Numbered from the stretch's first letter, positions 39,871 through 54,495 are shown. The stretch is DNA of 64,000 bases from Parasitella parasitica NRRL 2501 (GCA_025201805.1 MU619254.1:181351-245350); one strand, 5' to 3'. Notes: generated by a model not told the origin, from the sequence alone. Numbers and translations: made by a program.

Positions 39871-42800
39871 ATGTCAAACGAAAGCAACGTAAAGAAGAGA
39901 CGATTGGAAAACGGCACCAAAAAGGCCAGCAATCATTCCAAAATATACCAGCCTTTTCGGGCCATCGGTTACGTTACCAACGAGATCCCCTACGTTGTCA
40001 ACAATCATGGACAAGAGTATTTTTTGACATCTTGCGTTGGAAGCAGCTTTCAAACCTACAATGTAACGTACAATCTGAATAGCTTTTATTGCCGTGAGTA
40101 TTAACCCACTATATGCCGTTATGCTAGCTCGGCAAAATGAATTTGCTGTTTGTCAGCACACCCACTGCGAAACCTATCAGTGCATTAGCTACTCACAAAA
40201 AGCTGATTTATGCTGCTGCTGGCAACTGTGTGATTGGCTATAAGCGTGGTAAAGAAGTTTCTCGAGTCGGGGGACAAGGCAACTTTAACGTCGTCCAGAT
40301 CCTTATTTTGGGCGCTTACATTGCTGCCCTGTGCGATGACAATACTCTTAAATTGTGGGACACTACGAATGGAGGTATTAATGATATACAGTAAGCGGTA
40401 ATAATGGACCTGTATTAATCAAGCTGATACGGTAGAACTTTACACTGAAATCGAATTTGGAGAGGAATTCACAGCAACCAACATGCTTCACCCTTCAACG
40501 TATCTCAACAAAATCCTAGTCTCTAGCACTCAAGGCACCATGCAACTTTGGAACATTAGAGCTAATAAGCTGGTACATCAATTTACATATTTTGGGGCTG
40601 CTGTCACCTGTTTAGCGCAATCGCCCGTTGTAGACGTGGTTGCTATAGGTTTATTGGATGGCACAACTATTCTCTACAATATCAAGATGGACGAAAAGAT
40701 TGATAGTGTGCGCCAGGATGATAGAGTTACTGCCATTACCTTTAGGACTGGTAAGCGGGAAACTGATGCAAACTGTGTGTGGGGGAAAGCCTTGTCCTGA
40801 CTTGACTTTTAAAAAACTAGACGATGAACAATTTATGGCAACGGGTAACATGCATGGCGACGTTGCTCTGTGGGATCTCTCCAATCGTAGATTAGCCCAT
40901 ATTATGAAGAATGCTCACGATGGATACATAACATCTTTAACCTTCTTACACAACCAACCTGTGCTAGTAACTGGAGCAACGGATAATGCGATCAAGGTAA
41001 GATCAAACATGGAGCTAGGGAACAAAGACTTGCTGATGGGCTCCTTTGTCATATAGCAATGGATTTTTGAGAAGCATAATTCAGTGCCTCATCCATTCAA
41101 ATCTCGCAGTGGACATCACGCGCCGCCCTCAAAGCTGAAATATTACGGCGAGGGTTTCAAAACAATCCTGAGCGCAGGTCGAGATCATTCGCTTCGATCG
41201 TTTAGCACTGTCCGAGACGCACAAAACTTTGAATTTTCACAGGGCCATCTTGCCAGAAAGGCCAACAAGCACGGTGTTAGCATGGACGATTTGAAACTGC
41301 CCCGAATTATCGATTTCGACGTCAACGATGCAAAGGTGAAAGAGTGGGATAATATTATCACTTGTCATGGCAACGACAATGCCTGTCGCACATGGTCATC
41401 CAAGACAAAAAAGCTGGGAGCACACACTATGATAAGCACAGATAAGACAGCAGTAAAGTCTACTTGCATCTCATCCTGTGGCAATTACGGTTACTTGGGC
41501 TGCGCGTCTGGTGCCGTTGACATGTATAACATGCAATCTGGGCAGTATCGCAAGACATTTAATGGACACAAAAAGCCTATCACAGGCCTAACAACAGATA
41601 CCATTCATCGTTATTTAATCACAGCATCAGTTGATAAAACAATCAAAGTAAGTGACCCTCCACCTTTCCCCCCCCCCCCTCCCTCCAAACACCTCTCGTT
41701 CATACCACAGTAAGACCCAGTGCTCAAAGTCCTGTTTGATTATCGTAGATCTGGGAAATCAAAACTGCTAAGATTGTGCATACGATCGAACTTGAATCGC
41801 CTGTGGTATCTATCCGCTATCACATTGAAAATGACTTGTTGGCTGTTGTCTGTGATGATTTAGGCATCAGAGTGATTGATCTTGAAACCAAAAGGATTGT
41901 AAGAGAATTCTGGGGACATAGAAACCGCATCACAGACTTTGTAAGTTTGACACACCATATTGTTTTTGTGTAAACTGCAGACTCTCTCATGCTTACAACT
42001 CATTTAGACCTTCAGTCCTGATAGTCGCTGGATTGTTTCTGCTTCACTAGACGGCACTGTACGCACCTGGGATTTACCCACTGGAGCCATGATTGATATC
42101 TTCAAAGTGGAAGACATTGTCACTTGCTTAGCATTCTCTCCAGACGCAGACTTTTTGGCTACTGGTCATGTGGATAACAACGGTATATTCCTTTGGGCTA
42201 ACCTTACGCAGTACGCCAATGTATCTCTGCGTAGTATTCCAGATGATTATGATGCTAAATTGCTCGCATTGCCTACATTGACTGGCAGCGAGGAGGATGA
42301 GGAGGATCTAGAATCTGATCCAGAATCGGACACCGAGGAAACTGTGGAGCAAGAAAAGATGGTCGATCAGCTTACAGACAAGATGATCACCTTATCGACG
42401 GAACCTAGGTCAAAATGGCAAAATTTGTTACATTTGGATACAATTAAAATGCGCAACAAGCCCAAGGAAACGCCCAAATTACCGGAAAAGGCGCCTTTCT
42501 TTTTACCCACATTACCTGGAGCAAAGGGCCAATTTAACCTGGAGACCGTCATCACCAAAGACGACGAGAATTCAGACTCCAAGAGAATACGTTTCTCTCA
42601 GCTAGATACAGACACAGAATATGCCAAGCTATTGAGATCGGGACATGAGGCTGATGGCCAATGTAAGCTTCTTTCATGCGAGTTGATTGTCCAATGTCCT
42701 TACTCTTTTGTGTGTAGTTGAATCTTTTGTTGAATACGCTAAATCTCTCAGTCCTTCTGCTGTCGATGTTGAAATCAGGTCATTCACTATCGATGCAGAT

Positions 42801-43049
42801 CTCGTGCTATTGAATTATTATTTAGAGGCGATCCTTTACATGTTGAAAACACGAAAGAATTTCGAATTAGCACAAGCCTGGTTATCTGTGTTTCTGAATA
42901 TTCACGGCGATTTGATTGTGTCAAACCCAAACAACCCAATTCATGGAAAAATAGATTCGATTTTAGAGGTGCAAGGCAGTGAATTCGGTAGATTATCAGA
43001 ACAAATTCACTATAGCTTATGTTTGATCGATTTTGCTCGTAGAACATAG
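39871..43049 (+). CDS. UTP21: SSU processome WD-repeat protein UTP21/WDR36, multi-exon
   Basis: SKIYQPFRAIG, HPSTYLNKIL, RSGHHAPP, WD repeats, and C-terminal PRSKWQNLLHLDTIKMRNKPKETPKLPEKAPFFLP, NFELAQAWLSVFL. Confidence 0.96.
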
Positions 43050-43177
43050 GCTCGCCCCTCTCCCCCCCCCCCTTCTTTTTTTTTTTTTTTCTTTTCTTAA
43101 ATATGATAAATAAATGATGGACCTGGAGATTTCTTACAAACTGCACATGATTTATGCTGATAATCAGTGCAGATTTA

Positions 43178-43759
43178 TTATTTTTTGTTTCTAAGCATGA
43201 TTTGTGTGGCTATAGTTGGATGAAATGAATATTTGACAGAATTGCATTGCTCTGCTGTAGATGTTGCTACAATAGGCAAGGCACCTTCACTACTACTGAA
43301 CCATCTGGCTAATAAGCCGCTTTTCTCTGTTAATACAAAATAAGATCCATCTTTTGTTGGTATACTACTAGAGGTATTACTTGAGCTTTTACTGCTACTT
43401 CTACTACTGCTGCTGCTGCTATCACTTCTAAGAGGACGTTCCTGCTGTTGTTTATCTGATTTGGTCGATCCTGAGGCGACCACTCGCCTAAATGATTCTT
43501 GAAGAGGATCTTGGTAATTTCGAATGCTGCAGTACTCTTTGTTCATTTTATCAAGCTCCGTTGCTAATATTTTCATGTTCTTGGGGTGGTCTAAATTGTT
43601 TTTACCATTCGTTAACAATGATGGCCGTTGTAACTGCAGTTTGTGTTGTTGAGTTCGACTCAATTCGGCCTGTTGCTGCTTTTGTTTCAGGATTTTGCTT
43701 CTGTTTTGCAGAATGGCACGACGATAGTAGATGTTCTGGTCCTGATTAGCCAATGGCAT
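43178..43759 (-). CDS. Small protein with a TCO89-like conserved block
   Basis: SRTQQHKLQLQR...ELDKMNKEYCSIRNYQDPLQESFRR resembles the SRTQQKL.LQR...EY..RR..NP..S..R block of Tco89-family proteins. Confidence 0.6.
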   Translation of the reverse strand: MPLANQDQNIYYRRAILQNRSKILKQKQQQAELSRTQQHKLQLQRPSLLTNGKNNLDHPKNMKILATELDKMNKEYCSIRNYQDPLQESFRRVVASGSTKSDKQQQERPLRSDSSSSSSRSSSKSSSNTSSSIPTKDGSYFVLTEKSGLLARWFSSSEGALPIVATSTAEQCNSVKYSFHPTIATQIMLRNKK

Positions 43760-44273
43760 CTTTGGCTACTTTTTTTCTTTTTTTAAAAAAAAAGAGAGAT
43801 GTATGAATGCAAAATGAAAGCGAAAGAAAGAGAGAAACGTTAGATGTAAATGTCTTTCTCTTTCTTATTTTTTTTTTTTTTTTCAACCTACTGCGAGGTC
43901 TGAGGAAATGTTATAAACACATGATACTTATGTTTGTCTTCATGTTGAAATTAAAATAATATTTAATTTTCACTAGTTGGTTTTATGCTGCTCACAGTTG
44001 CTTAAGAAGGGATCAGCGACATGACCTCTCGCATGAGACTGACGGGAAATACACACATGGTACAATGGCAACAACTGCTGAGATTGAATTTACCACTGCG
44101 AGTAGTGGTCTTTAGAAGTGAAGCACCTATTTCAATTGAGGAGCAAAACATAAAATCCATAAACATTCAACTTATACCTTGATACAAATCAATAGCCAAG
44201 GTGCTGTAAAATACGAACTCAAAATTTATTTTCATGTATCTTCATGTTTTGGTTAAAATAAATGCCACCTAAT

Positions 44274-44427
44274 CATGACCACCGCCTTTTTCCCCGCTTA
44301 AAGGCACAATCTACAATCTCTAATACCTTTACAAACTATTAAGCAATGGAGACACAATCTTCAGCCAGAATCATCTTTTTTTGCACCATTCTACAACATA
44401 TCCGAGTTTCATGCATCTCTGACCATT
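44274..44427 (+). repeat. Diverged dispersed repeat, copy 2, at the edge of an AT-rich putative transposon relic
   Basis: Homologous to 7915-8067; followed by an inverted repeat at 44448-44530. Confidence 0.8.
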
Positions 44428-45931
44428 TTTCAAATTTTGCTATGTTTGGACCCCAAACCTCATATCTGATTTTCAGTTTTCAACTTTGAATCAACCTTCA
44501 GGGTCATTTTCAGGTACGGATTTGGGGTCCGAGGCAAGTATAAATCCAAATACTAGTATGATAACTGTACCTCACTACGTTTTTGGATTCTGAATATCTA
44601 TCTTTGCTGTCGAGATATTGCCAAAACCAGATTTTACAGATTTCGCAAATTTTACAGCATATGTTCCTTTAACAAGTACAAAATTTTGCAATTAAATTAT
44701 GTCTAACTTCCTAAGTAAAGTAATAAAGCATGTTTTGGTACACCTACTCGTATTAAACATATCGTAATGAAGCTTGGATTCGACAAACTTGAGCCAGTTT
44801 TGTCTTTTTACGTTAAACTTTGTCCGCCTGTTTCTCAAAAAGCCACTATGACACTTTGGCTTGAGTGATTATTAAAATCTTTTTGAAACTTAATTTTCTA
44901 CTAGATGTACTAGTTTTTAGATAGATATGTCGAAAAAAATATTTTTTCATGTGTTTTTAGCAGAGGCTGGATTTATTTTTATAACTTTCAAAGCAGTAAA
45001 TAGTATTTAAAGATACATGCTATAGCAATACAAACATAGAGCTACAAAATAGCTACGGAATGGTTTTTGTTTGGTTAAAAAATGTCAATTTTCGAGCGAG
45101 GTAATGGCGAAAAAAAGTATGGATTTTTTATCCTTTTGAATGGCTCCATTTTGGCCCTATAAGTCTAGGGACGAAAAAATGTAGGTTCAATTTGGTCGAG
45201 ACAAAATTTTGATTTTTGGCAGAAATAATAAAGCTACAGTTATAAAAAAAATATTGACGTGTAGGTATTGACAGGATGGTTTGTTTGGTCAGCTTTATAG
45301 AGCTGAATGTGCTCAAAATATGCTTGATTTTACTCAAAAACTATCAAAAATGGCGTTTTTCGAATATTTGAAATTGGTAATAGCAAAAGGTATTTATATA
45401 GCCTTGTAATACATATTGTTAGATGCAGCATTTAATTTATGTTATAAAACTCTTAGAACGCATATCCAATATACCTATTACGTTCTTGAGATATCTAGCA
45501 ATGAACTATGCGAGATTTTTGAGAATCTGATTTTGGCCAAATGGACACGCACTGCTGAGATTCAATCTACAGCCTATTTTGTCGCTGTATCAAGCTCATG
45601 CATCCCACGCGTTGTTCCGCCAGCCAAGCTTTATTCAATTTGCGGTAAATGCTTTACCAAATCTGCTCAGTTTCTATCATGTCAAGCACCTTTTTTCAGA
45701 ATTTTCGGGCAGAGTTGCAGAAAGAGATGACTTGAACCAAACACCTGGTTTCCTACTGAAGAAATAGTCAAAGTGAGACTTTTTATATAGGTTCCTGGCT
45801 CAGGCATTTAGTTCAAAGCTTGCCGCACGCACTGTGCGAACCGAAAAAAGATGAGACAGGTAGGAATTTTCTCATTTTTGTAAAAATAATTTGAGCAAGC
45901 TTTTCATCTAATCACCATAACAGCGACCAAA

Positions 45932-46453
45932 ATGCGGTTTCGAATTCTTGTAGCCTTATTCCTATTCCTCATACTGATGGGAATCTTGGGGTTTGCACCT
46001 ATTCATCTTCATGAACAAATAAATGATAAAGCACTTCATTTTTCCATCTTCTTCATAGTAGCCGTGTTTTTGTACTTCTTATGGAACCTCTCGGTGAAGC
46101 GAAACTTGATATTAGCCACAATCATCTTAGTCGTACTAGCTGTTGGCAGTGAGTTTATACAAGGTTTATTGCCGGTACGTTTCGATTTGTACAGCATATG
46201 CAAAAGAAAATAGCTGATTCACTTTTAACAGTACCGTGCGTTTGATGGTTATGATATTCTGGCGAATTTGCTGGGCGGCACATGCGGAATTGCAATATCT
46301 TCAACCATTGATTGTTTGATCGATAGACACCGAGAAAACAAAAGAAGGTTTGGTGGTATACGAGAAGCAGAATATCAGAGCGCTTTGATGGAGTTTACAG
46401 ATGACGATGACGAGGAATACGACAATAGTTATAAGCTTTCTGATCGTGTTTAA
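45932..46453 (+). CDS. VanZ-like small membrane protein, 2 exons
   Basis: NDKALHFSIFF...AVGSEFIQGLLP|YRAFDGYDILANLLG; intron 46175-46231. Confidence 0.88.
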
Positions 46454-47008
46454 CTTGTTAAACTGTAAAACCATGTGTATATAGACATATTATATCAACT
46501 AGTAATATCCCCTTCTCTTACTCGACAAGCACTATTTTTGACGCCGCAAAACATGCAAGAATCTCTGCCCATAAAATAGCTATCGGATGCGCATTATGAC
46601 AGCCATTTGATTTGCTAAATTTTTATTACTTAATTTTCACGCACATGCAAATGATCGCAAATATCTTGTCATCATCTGCTTTTCAGATACTTTCTGTGGC
46701 AGACTTTGGGGGGGGGGGGAGAGGGTTTTTTCTAAATGAAATACCACCACAGCCCAAATTTATAGCCTGTAGCTTATGTACAATCTTTACCTGTCTGAGG
46801 GAGGGCTATTTAAAAATAGCATCGCATAAGTGTAAAGTACAACTTGGCCTGTAGGTTGTTTGTTCATGTATTCTACTATCAAAGGATCCATCTCGTCATA
46901 GACTGAGCAGATCAAAGCAGCTGCATTTCGGTGACTGAATCATGACAGTACAAGTTAGTGCGCCTCCTTCAATTGGTTTTATCCTTTTTTTTTTTTTTTT
47001 TTTTTCAA

Positions 47009-50000
47009 ATGAAACAAACTAGTAACATGTCTTCGACACAGACATTAGCTGGATTTCCATGTATTTGGATATTTCGATTTCTATGCGAAGATGAAGAGCC
47101 ATTACCGGGATCGCCAGCGCAAACATCCAAGTCTCCTACAGGTTTTACAACGCAACTAATTCTCTGCACAAGCGTAGGTTTGTTATGCTTTTTGCTGTTT
47201 TGTTTTCTCAGAGTGAGGCAAGTGATTGTTGTTGCATGTCAGTGCGGCTCTATTGACGGGCTAAGAAAACATGGTTCATGTGTAGATGGACTGCTATATA
47301 CTCTCCAAGATTACGAATGAGAAAGTAAGTGATTTCTCCAGCCAAGCGAGCTTCCACATACCTGACTGAAAAATCATGCAACCAGACATGCGCCAGATCA
47401 ATTGCCAACAAGTCTCTTTGGCTGGATTATTCCGTTGCTAAGGACGCCAAATTCAGTGGTGATGGACAAAGTTGGACTTGATGCAGTTGTGGCAAGTATA
47501 CATGCGGTAGTTTGATGTAGGTAGCAATAACACCACCCTTTTTGATCAGATGCTGCAGTTTTTGCTGATGAGTGTGAAACTGTTTAGCTTTTGTGGATTT
47601 TTTGGTACGGTAGTGCTGTATCCCATTAGCAAAATGGGAGGAGACATAGCAAATGGAACACATCCCGAGAATCCAGGCAACAGCACCGATGGCAGTAACG
47701 GCACCAGCACATTTTTGTTTACACAGCAGCATCACTTTTTTGCGGGGACTGTAAGCACCAACATCAGCTTTGTATCACACTCGGTTTCGTTTTTGTGGGT
47801 CTATTTGTTCTTTACCTACTTGTTTGTGTTTGCTACCTTTTACTTTACCTTTCTCAACTACAGAGACTATGTGCGTATTCGTCGAGAGTTTCTCCTGAGA
47901 AAGGCCAAGACGCTGTCATCTCGCACGCTACTGATCACAGGCATCCCACCTTATCTGCGATCAGACCGCAAACTGGCAGACTATTTCGAAAAGCTCGGCA
48001 TTGGAGTTGTGGAGTCTGTGCATACGATACGGCATGTAGGAAGGCTGTTGGAATTCATCAAAGAGAGAGCACAGCACCTGAGACAGCTAGAAACTGCGTA
48101 CACTAATTATCTGGGCAACCCTTGCGACGATCTGAATTACGATCCAGATGAGATCCTGAACGAGCAGGATTCTCGGCAAGTAACGTTGCACGAAACGTGC
48201 TCCACATCCAATACATTGCCAACGCATCAGAAGCAAAAACAACGGCCCAAGTTTCGACACGGCATCTGTTGCGGCCCCAAAGTGGATTCGATCGACTATT
48301 ACACTGAAAAATTCGACGAAATTGACGCTTTGGTTGTGAAAGCTCGAAAGGTGGGTAAGTTTCTGCCCACAAGTGTTGGCTTTGTTACTTTCGAAGAGAC
48401 AATCAGCGCGGTAAGTGTAGTGCTATGGGCTGGATTTCCAGTCGCTGATTTTGTTTTGCATGAATTCTGTAGTATGTGGCTTCTCAGGTTTTGATTGATT
48501 CCACGCCATTCAGACTTCGGGCACAGCTCGCACCTGAACCAAGAGATGTGCTATGGGAGAATATTGCTATGCACGGTCGGGAGAGAGTTATTCGCAAGGC
48601 CTTGGTCATGCTTATTTTACTGTTTCTGGTGTTTTCATGGACCATTCCCTGCAACTATCTCTCTGCGTTGACGTCAACCAAATCGCTCAAGGCCTACTTT
48701 CCTTGGCTGCTGAAACTGGCCGAGAAGAACAAGATCCTGAAGCAGATCGTCGCTGGTTTCATCCCGACCTTGGGCGTGGTCATCTTTTTCTCTGTGCTAC
48801 CTATTGTATTCAACAGTTTGAGTGTTATTGAAGGGTTTACAACTAGAAGTGAGTCGGAGGAATCTTGTTTCGCAAAGTAAAGGACGATTTCCATAGAGTG
48901 ATGACTATAGACAACACATTCATCTTTTTTTTTTGTAGGCAATTCTTCTTTTTATTTTCAAACGTACTATTGTTCATCACAGTAGCAAGCACCCTGTTCA
49001 AGTCGCAAAAAGATATATTTGAAGATCCCACCAAGATCGCCAATATCTTTGCGTCTAAACTGCCTGAAGTAGCACCGTTCTACATCAACTATACAGTGCT
49101 TCAAGGCATCATGCTGTGTCCTATCCAACTACTGCAGATTGGCCCTATTATCGTTCAGCAATTCTACCGCACATTTTTATGTAAAACCCCTCGTGATTAC
49201 GCTGAAGTTTTTGCACCTCGCATGTATAACTTTGGATGGGGCTATCCTGTCCCTGTATTTATGTTTGTCGTGATTCTGGTGTATTCGACCATTTCTCCTT
49301 TAATTTTGGTTTTCGGGGTCATTTACTTTGCCATGTCATATCTCGTCTGTAAATATCAACTGTTGTATGGTAAAGTAGCAACGGTGGCATATATATACAC
49401 AAGCATAGATATAGTGATCAACTCATGTTTGTCTTATAGTGTACTTTCACTCGTATGAAGTTGCGGGAAGAATGTGGCCGCTGGTCTTTTCTCGTATTAT
49501 TATAGGCCTCTTGATCTTTGAATTGACATCTGCGGGTTTATTTACACTAAACAAATCGTATCCGCTGGCCGCTCTCTGCATCCCACTCATTTTTCTTACA
49601 GTGGCGTACAAATTTATGATGGACAAGGCATATCAAAGGAGTACCCAATTCTTACCCCTGCAGTTGCTATCCGAAAAACTCGGGCCTATGACAACCATTG
49701 CTCTGCAGCAAAATCAACTAGCAGATAGTGCAACCGTGAACGATATTAATGTGCATCCATTAATCAAGGACGTCCCCGCCGAAACAAGCAAAGGTGCTGC
49801 AGATACCCCACATGCCGAAGCTAGCACCAGTAGCGCTGCTGCAATGAAAAGGAACAGAAAACGGCGTACCGTATTGGACGAAGATGATTATGTTGCTGAT
49901 CCGAGAAAGTTTACTGATTTTAGGGAACCACCCATGACGCTATTGAATGGTATTTTAAATACGGGCATGAAGCAATATGGCCATCCAGCGCTACTAGGCG

Positions 50001-50468
50001 TTTTGCCTCAGCTTTGGCTCCCCATCAAAGCCGGATACGAAGACCGTGCTGTGCTTGACAAAAATAATACTGGCAGTAACGAGTCTTCTTCGGCATCATT
50101 CTCGTCCTCTTCCTCTGCCGTGAAAAAACGACAACAAACAGACTCGCCAGGTTATTAGATGATATCAGTGTAACTGCTGTAGTATAATTTTTATTAATCG
50201 TTGTCCTATTCTAGATCAAATTAACGAAAGTCAGCCCCTTTTGGATAATGATATACTAAATCGTTCATTAAATAATGCCACGAACATACCAATCAAGAAG
50301 AAAAAGAAAAGGACTCAAGAGGATCAAGAGCGAGAAGAAGGAGGTCAGACTGACGAAGAAGAGGAAGAAGATAACTCTGCCACTTACTATCACCATCCAG
50401 AGAGACGCCATTCCAAGAACCTACTGAGTCGCTCCTACGGAGCAACATCGTCGACGTCCAAGAAATAG
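47009..50468 (+). CDS. OSCA/TMEM63/CSC1 (RSN1/DUF221) calcium-permeable stress-gated channel, multi-exon
   Basis: IYSPR, FGWI, GLDAVV, SRTLLITGIP, GFVTF, APEPRDVLWENI, YSTISPLILVFG, KYQLLY, GRMWP. Two GC-AG introns. Confidence 0.94.
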
Positions 50469-50890
50469 TTGCGATAAAAACCAGCAAGAATATTAGTATA
50501 TAGCTCAATTGATGCCATTAAAATTGAAAATGTATCTATTTATTCTTTTAAGGAGATGTGGTAAAATAACGTTTTCAGTCTTGACTTCTCCCTCTCTCCT
50601 CCTATACGCTGTAGAACTCGAAAACCAACCCCTTTTTATTATTATAGAAGGGGGGAAAGAAGGGGAGGAGGAGCAGCAAACAGAATTTGAGTAGGTTTAT
50701 ATGTGCAAAGGACATTTGCCCTTTTGCTTTCTATATCTCTCTTTCTTTCTTTCTTTCTTTCTTTTACATTTACCTTTTTGTTCCATCTTAATTTCATATA
50801 ACCTTTATCCCCCTCCCCCTCCCCCCTTTCCCCTTTTACAAGAACCTTTTCTTACACACTGCAACCCAGCTTGCCCCCCTAATTTTCACC

Positions 50891-53800
50891 ATGGCAACCC
50901 AATATTACTCATCCTCTGCTGCCTCTGAGAAGCTGGAAGAAATAGACGAAGAAGAGCAGCTCATGTGGCAATCTGAACATGCCGCAGCTCATCAGCACCT
51001 TCAACAGCATCACCATATCCCCGAAGAAGACGAATATGAGGATGACCAAGACAGTGAGGAAGAAGACGAATTGATGATCGAGGACGCATCCTCCATGTCA
51101 TCGTCTCCTAGCATACCGGATGAAAACATCAACTTTGACCTCGTATACGCGCTGCATACATTTGTAGCAACCGTGGAAGGCCAGGCGTCTGTCGTTAAAG
51201 GTGATGCTCTGATTTTGATGGAAGATACAAACATTTATTGGTGGTTAGTTGAGGTGTTAAAGACACGTGAAGTCGGTTATATCCCGGCAGAGAACATTGA
51301 GGTAAGCGACATATAGCGGCGCTGGATAAATTCATGCTGAGTAACGTTCTTTGATAGACACCATACGAAAGATTGGCTAGATTAAACAAGCACCGTAATG
51401 TCGAAATCACTTCGCCGTCGATCCACGATACAACTCCTTTGCCTTTAGCTGCTCAGCACCCGCTGCACCCACCTCGTAGAGTCGTCATTGCCGACGAATC
51501 CATGTCGCAGATCTTTTTTTATGAAGTGGAGTCAGAGATCGACGAAGACGAAGACCCAGAACGCTTTGATGAAGAGGACGAGCGCGACATGGAGGACGAC
51601 GGCCAAGATGCAGAGAATACTAATGAACAAGCCCACAGTACTTTACAGGAATACCAGAATGAATTCCATGAAATGGTCATGGACCCAGAAGAGCCTGCCG
51701 AATCAAAGCAAGAGTGGCAAGAAAAGAGCTGGGAAGTTGACGATACGCCACACCCTATGGAGGCACCCTCTGCCAGCACGACATGCTCAACCTTGGAGCA
51801 AACCAGTGAGGAAGATCAGCCACAGATAATGGAGCTTCGCGTGTTTGCAGGAAACATTGGAACAGGGCCATTGTTCCATACATTTTCGATATCACTCGCT
51901 ACTACGGCCGACGAGCTGATCAAAACGTCCGTGCAAAAATTTGGCATGCACGCAGAGCCTTCTCAAGACACCACAATCGAGTACTACTTGGCTGTGCAAG
52001 GCATGGATGGCGACGAATACGTATTGTCTGCTCAAGACAAGCCATTTTCCATTTTCAAAACATTGACAGATTCGTTGACTACACCTATGCCGTCATTTTC
52101 GCACGTCAAACGCATCTCACAGCAATCACTGTCTTCTCTGCAATCACGCAACAGTACGTCTCGTCGACCCAGATCAAGCAGCTTTAGTAACTACGAGCAG
52201 ACAAGCTTCGATGAGGACTCAGTCATCCGATTCTACATCCATCGCCGCATCAAGCGGGCACATGAACGAGAAGGTTTGCTCTATATCAAAGTATCTCTTT
52301 ATCCAGATGAAACTGCAACTACAGCATCTACTGTTGCGAACCCCCAGCCTGCATTTATCAAGAATCCTACTAAATCTTCAAAATTGTCCAAGAAGCGGCA
52401 GCAGCAGCAGCAACAGCAACAAATTCGCTCTGAGATCGACCGCATCGACAAGATCATCTCTGTCCGTCAAGAGTCTCCAATTGGCGCAGTTATTAATCTC
52501 GCCCTTGAAAAGTTCCATGTGCCTGACGCGGTAGCAGATGATTACCAGCCCGGCAATAATCAGCAATTACGGAATTCCAGACAACTAGGCAAATACAGAA
52601 TGTCGGTACGGGGCAACGGTCAAGGTAAAATTCAGGGAGGATAAAGGAGAGGGAAAGAAAAAGAGAAAGAGAGAGAGAGAGAGATATTAATAGCCCTTCA
52701 ATAATTAGAAACTGAATTAAACCCAAATGAACTCATGTCAAATGTGCTTTTACAACAAAAGTCCTTCTCTCCTAATCACACGGGTCCCATTACAAGCGAT
52801 CTGCTATTTGTCGTACGCAAAGCTGGCTCCAACACAAAGAAGCAATCGCAAAAGGAAAGACACACAGGCACAGCAAAGTCATCGCAAATAGAGCAACTGC
52901 CTCAGCTATCCATTGCAAAAAACGAAGAATACGTGCGACGACCAAGCATCCTTGATATTTTAATGGATGCTGCTCCTAAAATGGGTGAACGAAGACCGAG
53001 TGTCATGAGTAGTTTACTCGAACCCCCAGCACGTTTAACGGAGGATGGCAGGAGGCCATCTTCTGGTCTAAATAATACGCAGCAAGCCTCACCTTCGTCT
53101 TCTTCTTCCTCTTCTTTTCCTACAAGTACAAAATCACCCAACTCACTTCTTGGGTTCAACAGACGCTCTTCTGCTCAATCATCCTCTGTAATATCAAGCT
53201 CTTCTATTGACGAGCAGCAATTGATTCATTCAGACTCCACCCTAATTATGGACAATTTAGAAGTTACACCTACATCCTCATCATCCATCATGCGTCCGTC
53301 CAACAGTATTAGCACAGAAAATCGAAGAAAAGAATCCTTCAAGCAGCAGCTCAAACGCTTTGTCGGCTGGGGTTCTTCCTCCTCTGCGTCTTCGCCTACC
53401 AAAAAGACCATCCCTCCTCCCTTGACAACACCTTTCTCTAATTACAGCGATATTCAATCTCCATCTGATATCAGTTTCGTATCTGCTCCATCTACTCCAC
53501 TGCCCCCTACACCTGGTACGCCAAGATCATTCGTACCAAACAGTGCCAAATCTCGTCAAGGAAGCACAAGTCACCCGTTAGAAACAAGCACTCCCGTCAT
53601 GTCTAGAAGACCTAGTGAGAACGCTGCCCTGAACGACCCATCGGCAGCTGCCATGGCTGCAGTTGCTGCTGTTACGGCTGCCAACAAGCGATTGTCTACT
53701 GTATCCTCCGTGTCCTCCTCCACAACCTCCTCAGTTACCTCGGAAGAAATTGCTGCTGCTACGAACCAAGGACTTATGATGGCCGACGCAAACGATGATG

Positions 53801-54495
53801 ATAGTTCGGACGAGGACGACGAAGACGTGGGCGCTAAAGACAGTAAAAAGCAAGTGTCTTTCGATCAACAAAAGTCTTTAGAACAAATCGCTGAACCACC
53901 ACAAGCAATCCAAGCTGAAGCAATGGTGCAAAACAACATGGCGGCAGAGGAACCAAACGATATCCAAGCACAGTATGCCATGTGGATGAACAGCCAAACC
54001 AACATTGGTGTCCCAGAAGAAGAGGTCAGTGTAGCCCCTATTCCACCCGCTAAGGTTCCTTCTACGGCAGCAAACACGGCAATTTCGACCAAAGCGCTTC
54101 CCCCTGTTGCTCCACAACAACCTGCTAGAAGCCCATTAAGGAATAAATCATCCAATATTTCAAATGCTACTACTGCAACAACAAATAATGTGCCCTCAGT
54201 CGTTGCCACAACCCCAGCACAGTCTACCTGTGCAACAACTGCTACTCCCTCCATCGCCTCAGCAAACACCAAGACGGAAATTGACGAGTCTGTGCTACCA
54301 GATTCATCTGTCCAGAAACAACAGCAAGAGCCACTGCATCCCATGCCATCTAATAACGGACAAGACATTGATGACTTGTTTTTACTGGTTGCTCATGGTG
54401 TTGATTTCCTGACTTCAAGAGAGAATACAAAATGGGAGGAAGAAGGAGGCTATGAATTCCATCCATGGAACAGACCTCAAAGCTCGTTTTCCGTA

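Noticed and set aside
44298-44672. TTAA-AGG...CCT-TTAA Kolobok/T2-MITE-like ends
   Set aside because: Putative TIRs match over only a few bases, and homology with the 7.9-kb copy extends beyond the TTAA, so it is not a clear boundary
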